In this document: one piece after another, positions 7,936 to 16,171 of the stretch
Layout: each line of letters opens with the position of its first letter
How positions within the stretch are numbered: the stretch's first letter is position 1
Program-made: the position numbers and the translations under genes
Notes under the pieces: generated by a model
Databases searched by the model: none
Told to the model about the DNA's origin: nothing
What the model saw: the letters and a program-made list of their open reading frames with translations, nothing else
Source of the DNA: Vibrio vulnificus CMCP6
GTDB taxonomy: Bacteria > Pseudomonadota > Gammaproteobacteria > Enterobacterales > Vibrionaceae
Length of the DNA: 32,000 nt
Direction of reading: 5' to 3'
NCBI RefSeq assembly: GCF_000039765.1
Contig: NC_004459.3
Span: forward strand, 480,001 to 512,000

Positions 7936-8251
7936 ATCCCCAGACGTTTTTTACCGCTCATTGCCCATAAGGGTATTAGGGCCAAATAACTCACGATATG
8001 CATCCAATTACACCGTTCTGTTATAGTGTTGTAAAGATGACAGATGTAAATAATAGTGATTTCATTTTAATGAAACACAGTTACACACTAATGCGGTCAT
8101 CGTGTTGTCAATTTTATTCATTTGCAGGCCAATCTCTGTGAGCAGAATAGTGTGGAATGGCCACTGAATTTCTCCTTGGACAGTAACAAATCCTCAGCAG
8201 TTGATATAAAATACCGCCTCTATGTGGATTTAAAATTAGGAACGATCGGCA

Positions 8252-9919
8252 ATGGCTGAATACGTATATACCATGTCGCGGGTGAGCAAAATCGTGCCAC
8301 CTAAGCGTCAAATTCTTAAAGACATCTCTCTAAGCTTTTTCCCTGGTGCAAAAATCGGTGTTTTGGGCCTAAACGGTTCAGGTAAATCAACCTTATTGCG
8401 CATTATGGCAGGTCTGGATACCGATATTGATGGTGAAGCACGTCCACAACCCGGTTTGAAAGTGGGCTACCTTCCACAGGAGCCTGTTCTTGATGAAAGC
8501 AAAACCGTCCGCGAAGTGGTAGAAGAAGCCGTTGCCGATGTGGCGGGAGCATTGAAACGTCTTGATGAAGTGTACGCTGCTTATGCCGATCCTGATGCGG
8601 ATTTCGATGCGCTTGCAAAAGAACAAGGCGAGCTTGAAGCTCTGATTCAAGCGAAAGATGGTCATAACTTAGATAACGCGCTTGAGCGTGCTGCGGATGC
8701 ACTGCGTCTTCCAGAGTGGGATCAAAAAGTGGCGCACCTGTCCGGTGGTGAACGTCGCCGTGTGGCTATTTGTCGTCTACTGCTTGAAAAACCAGATATG
8801 CTGCTGCTTGACGAACCAACCAACCACTTGGATGCTGAATCTGTCGCTTGGCTTGAACGCTTCTTGGTGGATTACTCAGGCACTGTTGTGGCCATCACCC
8901 ACGACCGTTACTTCCTAGACAACGCTGCAGGCTGGATTTTGGAACTTGACCGTGGTGAAGGTATTCCATGGCAAGGTAACTACACCTCGTGGCTAGAGCA
9001 AAAAGATGCGCGTCTACAACAAGAAGCCTCTCAAGAAAAAGCTCGTCAGAAAACCATTGAGAAAGAACTGGAATGGGTTCGTCAAAATCCAAAAGGTCGC
9101 CAAGCCAAATCTAAAGCGCGTATGGCACGCTTTGAAGAGCTACAGAACACCGATCACCAGAAACGTAACGAAACCAACGAGTTGTTCATCCCACCAGGTG
9201 AGCGCTTAGGTGATAAAGTCATCGAAGTGAAGAATTTGACTAAGTCATTTGACGGCCGTGTTCTGATCGACGATCTTTCATTCAGCATGCCTAAAGGGGC
9301 TATCGTCGGCATCATCGGTGCCAACGGTGCGGGTAAATCAACCCTATTCAAGATGCTGAGTGGTGTTGAGCAGCCTGATTCCGGTACTATCGAGATGGGC
9401 GAAACGGTGAAGTTGGCGTCAGTTGATCAGTTCCGTGATTCAATGAACGATAAAAACACCATATTCCAAGAGATCTCTGAAGGTGCGGACATCATCAAGA
9501 TCAACAACTTCGAACTTCCAGCGCGAGCTTACTGCTCACGTTTTAATTTCAAAGGCGTGGATCAGCAGAAAGTAATCGGCGAACTCTCGGGTGGTGAGCG
9601 TAACCGTGTTCACTTAGCGAAGCTGCTCAAAGCCGGTGGCAACGTTCTCTTACTGGACGAACCAACCAACGACCTTGACGTTGAAACACTGCGTGCACTA
9701 GAAGAAGCGCTGCTTGAGTTCCCTGGCTGTGCTATGGTGATCTCGCACGACCGTTGGTTCCTCGACCGTATTGCGACTCACATCATTGATTACCGTGACG
9801 AAGGTCAGGTTAACTTCTACGAAGGCAACTATACTGAGTACATGGAGTGGCTGAAGAAGACTCTTGGTCCTGCGGCAGCGGAACCACACCGTATCAAATA
9901 CAAGCGTATGACTAAGTAA
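8252..9919 (+). CDS. ettA: Energy-dependent translational throttle protein EttA (ABC-F ATPase, YjjK)
   Basis: 555 aa with two ABC cassettes (Walker A GLNGSGKST and GANGAGKST; signatures LSGGERRR and LSGGERNR) and no transmembrane domain. N-terminus MAEYVYTMSRVSKIVPPKRQILKDISLSFFPGAKIGVLG is near-identical in pattern to E. coli EttA. Divergent from slt as in E. coli. Confidence 0.95.
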   Translation: MAEYVYTMSRVSKIVPPKRQILKDISLSFFPGAKIGVLGLNGSGKSTLLRIMAGLDTDIDGEARPQPGLKVGYLPQEPVLDESKTVREVVEEAVADVAGALKRLDEVYAAYADPDADFDALAKEQGELEALIQAKDGHNLDNALERAADALRLPEWDQKVAHLSGGERRRVAICRLLLEKPDMLLLDEPTNHLDAESVAWLERFLVDYSGTVVAITHDRYFLDNAAGWILELDRGEGIPWQGNYTSWLEQKDARLQQEASQEKARQKTIEKELEWVRQNPKGRQAKSKARMARFEELQNTDHQKRNETNELFIPPGERLGDKVIEVKNLTKSFDGRVLIDDLSFSMPKGAIVGIIGANGAGKSTLFKMLSGVEQPDSGTIEMGETVKLASVDQFRDSMNDKNTIFQEISEGADIIKINNFELPARAYCSRFNFKGVDQQKVIGELSGGERNRVHLAKLLKAGGNVLLLDEPTNDLDVETLRALEEALLEFPGCAMVISHDRWFLDRIATHIIDYRDEGQVNFYEGNYTEYMEWLKKTLGPAAAEPHRIKYKRMTK

Positions 9920-9943
9920 TCGATTATTGCTTGAAATTTGTGC

Positions 9944-9974
9944 AAAGGCCGCTAATATAGCGGCCTTTGTTTTA
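9944..9974 (+). terminator. Rho-independent terminator of ettA
   Basis: AAAGGCCGC-taatata-GCGGCCTTT followed by GTTTT. Confidence 0.85.
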
Positions 9975-10035
9975 ATTACGGTCTACTGTTCCCATTGCCA
10001 TCCAGCCCGAAAACGGAAACTTTGAGAGAGTAAAT

Positions 10036-10410
10036 ATGGCTGAACGACGTCGATTTTCACGCATCATGTATCAAGTCCCTGCGATAGTGAAACAGGGGCA
10101 ATATGTGTTGCATACTACGATTCAGGATCTCTCACTGCACGGGCTGTTGTTACGTACTGATTCAATGCATACGTTAAGGAACAACGACACTGTGTTGGTG
10201 GACTTCACACTTTCTGATAGTGATATTGATATCAGTCTCGAAGCAGATGTTGTGGGCTTTGATCAACAGACAATTAGACTTAAAATTACCCACATTGATA
10301 TAGATAGTATCAGTCATTTAAAACGCTTGGTTGAACTAAATGTGGGTGATGACGCGCTGCTTCATCGAGAAATAGAACATTTGTCTGATCTCGGTGACGA
10401 AGCAAGTTAG
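10036..10410 (+). CDS. Single-domain PilZ protein (predicted c-di-GMP receptor)
   Basis: 124 aa. Both halves of the canonical PilZ c-di-GMP-binding signature are present: RxxxR (RRFSR, residues 5-9) and D/NxSxxG (DLSLHG, residues 31-36). Confidence 0.85.
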   Translation: MAERRRFSRIMYQVPAIVKQGQYVLHTTIQDLSLHGLLLRTDSMHTLRNNDTVLVDFTLSDSDIDISLEADVVGFDQQTIRLKITHIDIDSISHLKRLVELNVGDDALLHREIEHLSDLGDEAS

Positions 10411-10438
10411 ATTGCCTGACTAATATAATCATGTAGCT

Positions 10439-11443
10439 ATGTCGAAAAAAATTACTATGCAGATCCCCACTAAAAATGGGGATCAGCTTTTTTATTTGGG
10501 TAAAGGTACCGTTGCTACCCTACTGCTCTCTATCACCGCTTTTCCACTGGTACTCGGTGGCGGGTGGTATTGGTATCAGCAGCAAAGCGAACAATCCCAA
10601 CAATTGCGTGCTCAACTTGATGTATTGACATCAGAAAAGCAGCAATTGATGGCCGACTACCAAGAACAGCTTGATACCAATCACTCTCTGTCGCAGACGT
10701 TAACCGAAAAAAGCAACCAAATTCAGTTGCTAGGCAAACGGGTATTTGATGTGGAATCCGTACTCGGCATTGCCGATGAAGAGATCATCGTCGATGAGAA
10801 CTCTCTGGAAGAGCGCATCGATACCGCTGCTATTGACTCTGCGGTACGAGCCACCATGTTCCGTTTGATCCCAAATGATTCACCAATGTCTTACTTGCGT
10901 GTCTCTTCTTCGTTTGGACGTCGAACCAATCCTATCTCTGGTAAACGCCATACCCATACCGGTATTGATCTCACTTGTAAACGCGGGGAAGAAATCGTGG
11001 CACCTGCCGATGGGGTGATTGAGACGGTACGCCCAAGTAAGAAAGGCTTTGGCAACTTCATCACCATGCGTCATTCCTTTGGTTTCATGAGCTCTTATGC
11101 GCATTTGCAGAGCTTCAAAGTCAAAAGTGGCCAATTTGTCAGCAAGGGCGATGTGATTGCCACCTGTGGTAACTCAGGGAATTCAACTGGCCCTCACTTG
11201 CATTACGAAGTGCGTTTTTTAGGCCGAGCCCTCAATCCACAGTACACCATGGATTGGAACCAAGAGAACTTCAACTATCTGTTTGAAAAAGAGAAAACGG
11301 TTAAATGGAGTCCTTTGGTCAAGATGATTGATAACGTGGTTCGCTTACAAGTCAATCTCACTAAATCCCCCTATCGTGACACCAGTATTGACACGGTTTC
11401 CAGCGAAGAGAATAGCCTCGACCCAAGCTTGCAAACCAACTAA
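10439..11443 (+). CDS. Membrane-anchored coiled-coil M23 (LytM-type) metallopeptidase
   Basis: 334 aa with an N-terminal hydrophobic anchor (VATLLLSITAFPLVLGGGWYWY) and a Q/L-rich coiled-coil segment. The C-terminal M23 domain has intact zinc and catalytic motifs HxxxD (HTGID) and HxH (GPHLHYEV). Starts 28 nt after the PilZ stop with no terminator between them. Confidence 0.88.
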   Translation: MSKKITMQIPTKNGDQLFYLGKGTVATLLLSITAFPLVLGGGWYWYQQQSEQSQQLRAQLDVLTSEKQQLMADYQEQLDTNHSLSQTLTEKSNQIQLLGKRVFDVESVLGIADEEIIVDENSLEERIDTAAIDSAVRATMFRLIPNDSPMSYLRVSSSFGRRTNPISGKRHTHTGIDLTCKRGEEIVAPADGVIETVRPSKKGFGNFITMRHSFGFMSSYAHLQSFKVKSGQFVSKGDVIATCGNSGNSTGPHLHYEVRFLGRALNPQYTMDWNQENFNYLFEKEKTVKWSPLVKMIDNVVRLQVNLTKSPYRDTSIDTVSSEENSLDPSLQTN

Positions 11444-11460
11444 CGCAATGGGTAAGCCGA

Positions 11461-11500
11461 AAATAGAAAGAGCAGCATCAGGCTGCTCTTTTTCTATTTC
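11461..11500. terminator. Bidirectional terminator between the M23 peptidase gene and tyrA
   Basis: AAATAGAAAGAGCAGC-atcagg-GCTGCTCTTTTTCTATTT, a long GC-cored hairpin with A/T-rich extensions on both sides. Confidence 0.8.
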
Positions 11501-11515
11501 TAATACGCTTAAATG

Positions 11516-12643
11516 TTAATCACGATGCAAGTTGTCATTCGCTTGTTTGAGTAAATTTTGGCTTTCCGCCATAAACTGCTGCGAATACCCCCCAAACCAA
11601 TCACTCACTTGCGTGAAACGTTCAACAAAACGCGCTTTATCGTGCTGATCTAACATCTCTAGTGCCTCGCCAAAGCGGCGATGGAAACGCTTGATCATGT
11701 CGATGTTCTCTTGCGACGAAAGAATAATGTCGCCATACAAGTTTGGATCTTGGGCAAACAGACGCCCTACCATCGCTAACTCAAGACGGTAAATAGGCGA
11801 GCTCAGTTTCAGCAGTTTATCGAGACTTGGATTTTCCTGACTCAAATGCATGCCGTACGCAAAGGACGTAAAGTGCCTTAACGCTTGAATTAACGTCATG
11901 CCATGGTCGTGTTCGCTGGCCTCAATTTGGCACAAGCTTGCCCCCCAAATCTTAAACTGCTGCAGTAACCACTGATATTGCTCAGCACCTCGACCATCAC
12001 AGTAGACAATCACTTGCTTGGCTAAACTCGGCACATCGGGACCAAACATAGGGTGCAAACCAACAACCGGCCCAGAGTGCACATCGAGCATGGTTTTCAG
12101 CGGCTTCGACTTGATCGAAGTAAGGTCACACAAGATGCAATCCGATGGTAGTTGGGTCAGCTTTTCAATCACTCCTTGGGTTAAATGAATCGGCACGGTA
12201 ACCACCACCAATCCTGCCCCATCCAATATCTCATCAGCGAGGTGCCAATCCTTACTGCCTAAGATTTTGACCTGGTAACCCGAGAGGGTAAACATGCGAG
12301 CAAACAGGCCACCTAATTGACCATGGCCGCCAATAATTACCACAGAGCGCAGCTCAGGATTCAAACATTTAAAACCGGAGTCTTTTTCACTGGCATAAGA
12401 TTCGCGCATGGTACGTCGCAAAATATCTTCAATAAGCTGTGGTGGCACACCGATTTTTTCGGCTTCTGCACGACGAGAAGCCAGCATCGCCGCTTCTCTA
12501 TCGGGTGCATAAATCGGTAAGCCATGTTGGCTTTTCACATGGCCAACTTGCTCTACCAATGCCAAGCGCTGAGCCAATAGCTCCAACATCTGTTTGTCTA
12601 CTGCATCAATCTGTTCACGCAATGCGTTCAGTTCAACTGCCAT
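11516..12643 (-). CDS. tyrA: Bifunctional chorismate mutase / prephenate dehydrogenase (T-protein)
   Basis: 375 aa with an N-terminal CM_2 domain ([30 protein letters not shown]) and a prephenate dehydrogenase domain with the NAD-binding IIGGHGQLG motif. Downstream of aroF as in the E. coli aroF-tyrA operon. Confidence 0.95.
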   Translation of the reverse strand: MAVELNALREQIDAVDKQMLELLAQRLALVEQVGHVKSQHGLPIYAPDREAAMLASRRAEAEKIGVPPQLIEDILRRTMRESYASEKDSGFKCLNPELRSVVIIGGHGQLGGLFARMFTLSGYQVKILGSKDWHLADEILDGAGLVVVTVPIHLTQGVIEKLTQLPSDCILCDLTSIKSKPLKTMLDVHSGPVVGLHPMFGPDVPSLAKQVIVYCDGRGAEQYQWLLQQFKIWGASLCQIEASEHDHGMTLIQALRHFTSFAYGMHLSQENPSLDKLLKLSSPIYRLELAMVGRLFAQDPNLYGDIILSSQENIDMIKRFHRRFGEALEMLDQHDKARFVERFTQVSDWFGGYSQQFMAESQNLLKQANDNLHRD

Positions 12644-12662
12644 GATTTACCTTGCTCTATCC

Positions 12663-13733
12663 TTATTTGAGACGGTTTTCTAAATGTGGCACTAACTCTT
12701 TGTGTGCTTTACGCAATAGTGCCTCAGTTGCCTGCCAATTGATACAGGCATCGGTAATAGAAACACCGTACCGCATCTCAGAAAGCGGTAAATCTGAGGA
12801 TTGATTACCTTCATTAATGTGGCTTTCAATCATCAAACCAATGATCGATTTGTTGCCTTCGCGAATTTGATGAATCACGTCTTCGGCGACTAAAGGCTGA
12901 CGACGGTAATCTTTGCGTGAATTGGCATGGCTACAATCCACCATCAATGACGCATCTAAACCCACTTTGGCCATGTCTTGCTCACACTCCGCCACCGACA
13001 CAGAATCGTAGTTGGTCTGCTTACCACCACGCAAAATCACGTGACCATTTGGGTTACCTTGAGTCGTCAGCAATGCCACTTGGCCTTCACGGTTGATCCC
13101 CATAAAACGGTGGCTTGAAGAGGCCGCTTGCATTGCGTTGATCGCCGTTGACAAGCTGCCATCCGTGCCATTTTTAAAACCAATCGGCATAGACAAACCA
13201 CTGGCCATTTCACGGTGAGTTTGTGATTCTGTCGTACGCGCACCAATCGCAGCCCAACTGAATGTATCAGCCAAGTATTGCGGGCTAATTGGGTCGAGTG
13301 CTTCTGTCGCCAGAGGGATCTCCATTTCAGCCAGCTCCACCAGCAATTGACGGCCAACATGCAGACCATGCTCAATATCGAAGCTACCATCCAGATGAGG
13401 GTCGTTGATGAGCCCTTTCCAACCCACAGTAGTACGAGGTTTTTCAAAGTAAACACGCATCACAATATACAGTTGATCGCTTAACTCGGCGGAGAGCGCT
13501 TTTAGGCGACGCGCGTAATCCTTTGCCGCGTCCAGATCGTGAATAGAACAAGGACCACAAACCACCAGCAGACGATGATCTTGCTTATGAATAATATTGG
13601 CGACGGTATTACGCGACTCTTGAATGAAGCGGCGGGCGTTGTCGCTCAGTGGCAGTTTCTGTTTTAGCTGTTCTGGCGTAATCAGCACTTGTTCATCGCT
13701 GATATTAATATTGCTTAGTTCACTTTTCTGCAT
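12663..13733 (-). CDS. aroF: 3-deoxy-7-phosphoheptulonate (DAHP) synthase, class I-alpha, probably the Tyr-sensitive isozyme
   Basis: Near-colinear with E. coli AroF from MQK..L.N..I.DEQVL through KPRTTVGWKGLINDP and IGARTTESQTHREMASGLSMP. The isozyme assignment rests on operon linkage to tyrA and the TyrR-box-like sites upstream. The ORF track start (13742) is a TTG; the ATG at 13733 matches the E. coli N-terminus. Confidence 0.9.
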   Translation of the reverse strand: MQKSELSNINISDEQVLITPEQLKQKLPLSDNARRFIQESRNTVANIIHKQDHRLLVVCGPCSIHDLDAAKDYARRLKALSAELSDQLYIVMRVYFEKPRTTVGWKGLINDPHLDGSFDIEHGLHVGRQLLVELAEMEIPLATEALDPISPQYLADTFSWAAIGARTTESQTHREMASGLSMPIGFKNGTDGSLSTAINAMQAASSSHRFMGINREGQVALLTTQGNPNGHVILRGGKQTNYDSVSVAECEQDMAKVGLDASLMVDCSHANSRKDYRRQPLVAEDVIHQIREGNKSIIGLMIESHINEGNQSSDLPLSEMRYGVSITDACINWQATEALLRKAHKELVPHLENRLK

Positions 13734-13744
13734 GACACTCAACC

Positions 13745-13762
13745 TGTATATTATTTTTTACA
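13745..13762. promoter_or_regulatory. TyrR box-like palindrome (proximal)
   Basis: TGTATA-ttattt-TTTACA against the TyrR consensus TGTAAA-N6-TTTACA (1 mismatch). It lies 12-29 nt upstream of the aroF ATG. Confidence 0.5.
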
Positions 13763-13851
13763 CCCTCATATCCCTGAGAGTCGAAATCTGTTTGAACACA
13801 AGTTAACAGGGTTGAATTAAAAATCAACCGTAAACAATAAAAAACATCAAG

Positions 13852-13869
13852 TGTAAAAAATAAATTACA
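13852..13869. promoter_or_regulatory. TyrR box-like palindrome (distal)
   Basis: TGTAAA-aaataa-ATTACA (1 mismatch from consensus). A weaker neighbour, CGTAAA-caataa-AAAACA, lies at 13829-13846. Confidence 0.5.
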
Positions 13870-13875
13870 CATTAT

Positions 13876-13905
13876 AAAAAAACCAAAGCGCCTCGCTTTG
13901 GTTTT
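13876..13905. terminator. Terminator of nagZ (hairpin with U-tracts on both strands)
   Basis: AAAAAAA-CCAAAGCG-cct-CGCTTTGG-TTTT, located 24 nt downstream of the nagZ stop (minus strand). Confidence 0.75.
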
Positions 13906-13928
13906 CAAGTTCGTCTTTTGTTAAGTTT

Positions 13929-14915
13929 TTAGTGGCCCAGTATGCGTAGCATGTTTTCTCTTGCTTCTTTCCATTGCGGCGCCAATTTCAGTTCAGAAAG
14001 GCTGAAGCTGCGTTTCTTCAACAAGGATAATGCCAAGGGAACCTCGACTATAGGCAGTGCGTCCAAGGCTGCCACTTGTGCATCGCGTTTATTGCACATC
14101 AAAAGCATGTCACAGCCCGCATTCAATGCTTGTAAAGCCCTATCTGCAGGGCCTCCCATCACGGCAGCCCCTTCCATGGTGAGATCATCAGAAAAAATTA
14201 AGCCCTTGAACCCCAATTGCTGGCGTAATACCTGTTTTAACCAATATTCTGAACCACTCGCTGGTTGAGGATCGTAATGCGGGTAAATCACATGCGCGGG
14301 CATCATGGCGTCTAATAAGCCTGCGTCTATTTGCGTTTTGAAGATTGCCATATCCTGCTCAACAATATCGCTTCGTTGGTCAAACGGGGTTTCAAGATGC
14401 GAATCTGCCACCACGCCGCCATGACCAGGGAAGTGTTTGCCCGTTGTTGCCATCCCCACCGCTTTCATGCCCTGCATGTAGGCACTGCTATGGCGCAAAA
14501 TAGTCTGCGTATCTTCACCAAACGCTCGATTGCCAATCGCTTTACATCCAAAGCCTTGGTCTAACACGGGGGCAAAACTCAGGTCGATATCATGAGCAAT
14601 CAGTTCGGCCGCCATCAGCCAACCGCCCATTTGTGCCATCGCTTCCCCATTGGCCTGTTTGGCATATTCTGCCGCGGCGGGAATCAGAGAAAAACCCTCA
14701 CGGAAACGCTGAACTCGCCCTCCCTCTTGGTCGACACCAATCAGAAAAGGACGTTTGACCACTTGGCGAATGGCAGAAGTGAGCGCCAACAGTTGTTCAC
14801 TATCGTGATAGTTGCGGGTAAATAAGATCAATCCGCCAACGGATGGATGCTGTAAAATTTCTTTGTCTTCTGCATTCAGTTCATAACCTGCGACATCAAC
14901 CCAAAGTGGCCCCAT
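13929..14915 (-). CDS. nagZ: Beta-N-acetylhexosaminidase NagZ (GH3, peptidoglycan recycling)
   Basis: Aligns with E. coli NagZ from MGP...[23 protein letters not shown] through [15 protein letters not shown] and KHFPGHG. The ORF track start (14927) is a TTG inside a GGAGAG Shine-Dalgarno; the ATG at 14915 matches the E. coli start. Confidence 0.93.
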   Translation of the reverse strand: MGPLWVDVAGYELNAEDKEILQHPSVGGLILFTRNYHDSEQLLALTSAIRQVVKRPFLIGVDQEGGRVQRFREGFSLIPAAAEYAKQANGEAMAQMGGWLMAAELIAHDIDLSFAPVLDQGFGCKAIGNRAFGEDTQTILRHSSAYMQGMKAVGMATTGKHFPGHGGVVADSHLETPFDQRSDIVEQDMAIFKTQIDAGLLDAMMPAHVIYPHYDPQPASGSEYWLKQVLRQQLGFKGLIFSDDLTMEGAAVMGGPADRALQALNAGCDMLLMCNKRDAQVAALDALPIVEVPLALSLLKKRSFSLSELKLAPQWKEARENMLRILGH

Positions 14916-14966
14916 TTTTCTCTCCAAAATCGACGGAATATCTCAAACTCATCGAGGTTATTCCGA

Positions 14967-16130
14967 ATGAATTTGCATTACAATGGTTTGCATGATGAAA
15001 ACACAATGGAATTGAGTGTGAGCACAAAAGAGTTATATATCGGTGTCATGTCCGGCACGAGTATGGATGGGGTAGATTGTGCCCTCGTGGAGTTCGACCA
15101 AGAGCAAGTCCGCTTAATTGCCCACAGTGACTACCCGATGCCAGCAGATTTGCGCCAAAAACTGCTCTCCGTTTGCACCGGGCAAGCCACCAACTTAAAG
15201 CAGATTGGCGAACTTGATCACCGCCTCGGTCATCTTTTTGCCGATGCCGTGATGGATTTGCTCAGCCAAGCAGGCGTCGACACGAGCCAGATTCGCGCTA
15301 TCGGTAATCATGGCCAAACGGTATTTCATCAACCGAATGGCGAGTTTCCTTTTACCACCCAATTGGGCGACGCCAACATTATTGCCACCCGCACCAACAT
15401 TGACACCGTGGCAGATTTTCGTCGCAAAGACATGGCATTGGGCGGCCAGGGCGCCCCTTTGGTTCCGGCTTTTCATCAAAGTGTATTTGCGCTGCAAGAT
15501 TCCACTACCGTGGTGTTGAACATCGGCGGGATTGCCAATATCTCAGTGCTCCACCCAACTCGCCCTGTTCTTGGTTACGACACAGGACCTGGGAATATGT
15601 TGATGGATGCTTGGTGTGAAACACACACACAACAGAATTACGACAAAGACGCACGGTTTGCTCTTCAAGGAGAGGTGAATGAGGCGTTACTGAATACGCT
15701 GTTGCAAGAGCCTTATTTGCATCAAGATGCCCCAAAGAGCACAGGGCGCGAGCTTTTCAATATGGAATGGTTGACAGCAAAACTGCAAGGGCAGAACTAT
15801 CGAAGCGAAGATGTACAGCGCACCTTGTGTGAGTACACCGCCTTAACCATTAGTAAAGAAGTTGAGCGCTTTCGCTATGGTCCAACACCGCAGTTGCTGG
15901 TTTGTGGTGGCGGCGCACGTAACCCACTGTTGATGCAACGATTGCAGCAACAGCTGTCTCACTGGCAGGTCTCAACGACCGATGCAAAAGGGGTCAGTGG
16001 GGACTACATGGAAGCCATGGCGTTTGCTTGGTTGGCCTATCGCCACCTGCACCGCTTACCAAGCAATCTACCCGAAGTGACTGGCGCGAGCCGCTTGGCA
16101 AGCCTCGGTGTACTCTATTCCAAAGCCTAG
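14967..16130 (+). CDS. anmK: Anhydro-N-acetylmuramic acid kinase AnmK
   Basis: GVMSGTSMDGVD, GGQGAPLVPAFH, NIGGIAN, DTGPGNMLMDAW and PKSTGRE motifs are colinear with E. coli AnmK. The ATG at 14967 has a GAGG Shine-Dalgarno 9 nt upstream. Homology would also allow internal starts at 15006 (ATG) or 15018 (GTG). Confidence 0.92.
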   Translation: MNLHYNGLHDENTMELSVSTKELYIGVMSGTSMDGVDCALVEFDQEQVRLIAHSDYPMPADLRQKLLSVCTGQATNLKQIGELDHRLGHLFADAVMDLLSQAGVDTSQIRAIGNHGQTVFHQPNGEFPFTTQLGDANIIATRTNIDTVADFRRKDMALGGQGAPLVPAFHQSVFALQDSTTVVLNIGGIANISVLHPTRPVLGYDTGPGNMLMDAWCETHTQQNYDKDARFALQGEVNEALLNTLLQEPYLHQDAPKSTGRELFNMEWLTAKLQGQNYRSEDVQRTLCEYTALTISKEVERFRYGPTPQLLVCGGGARNPLLMQRLQQQLSHWQVSTTDAKGVSGDYMEAMAFAWLAYRHLHRLPSNLPEVTGASRLASLGVLYSKA

Positions 16131-16138
16131 ATGAAATG

Positions 16139-16165
16139 CGGTGACGGGTCGATGCCTGTCACCGC
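16139..16165. terminator. Hairpin between the convergent anmK and antiporter genes (weak terminator)
   Basis: GCGGTGACGGG-tcgatg-CCTGTCACCGC is a strong stem, but there is no good U-tract on either strand. Confidence 0.4.
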
Positions 16166-16171
16166 GTGAAA

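Noticed and set aside
10424-10439. Perfect TATAAT (10424-10429) 9 nt upstream of the M23 peptidase ATG, suggesting a nearly leaderless independent transcript
   Set aside because: No acceptable -35 at 16-18 bp spacing. I kept it as a caveat to the PilZ-M23 operon hypothesis rather than calling it a promoter.
13720-13908. 62-aa Phe/Leu-rich minus-strand ORF upstream of aroF (MKTKARRFGFFIMCNLFFTL...), considered as a possible aromatic leader peptide
   Set aside because: It starts with a TTG inside the nagZ terminator hairpin and runs out of frame into aroF. Its Phe richness simply reflects the T-rich strand of an AT-rich promoter region. No terminator or antiterminator follows it.
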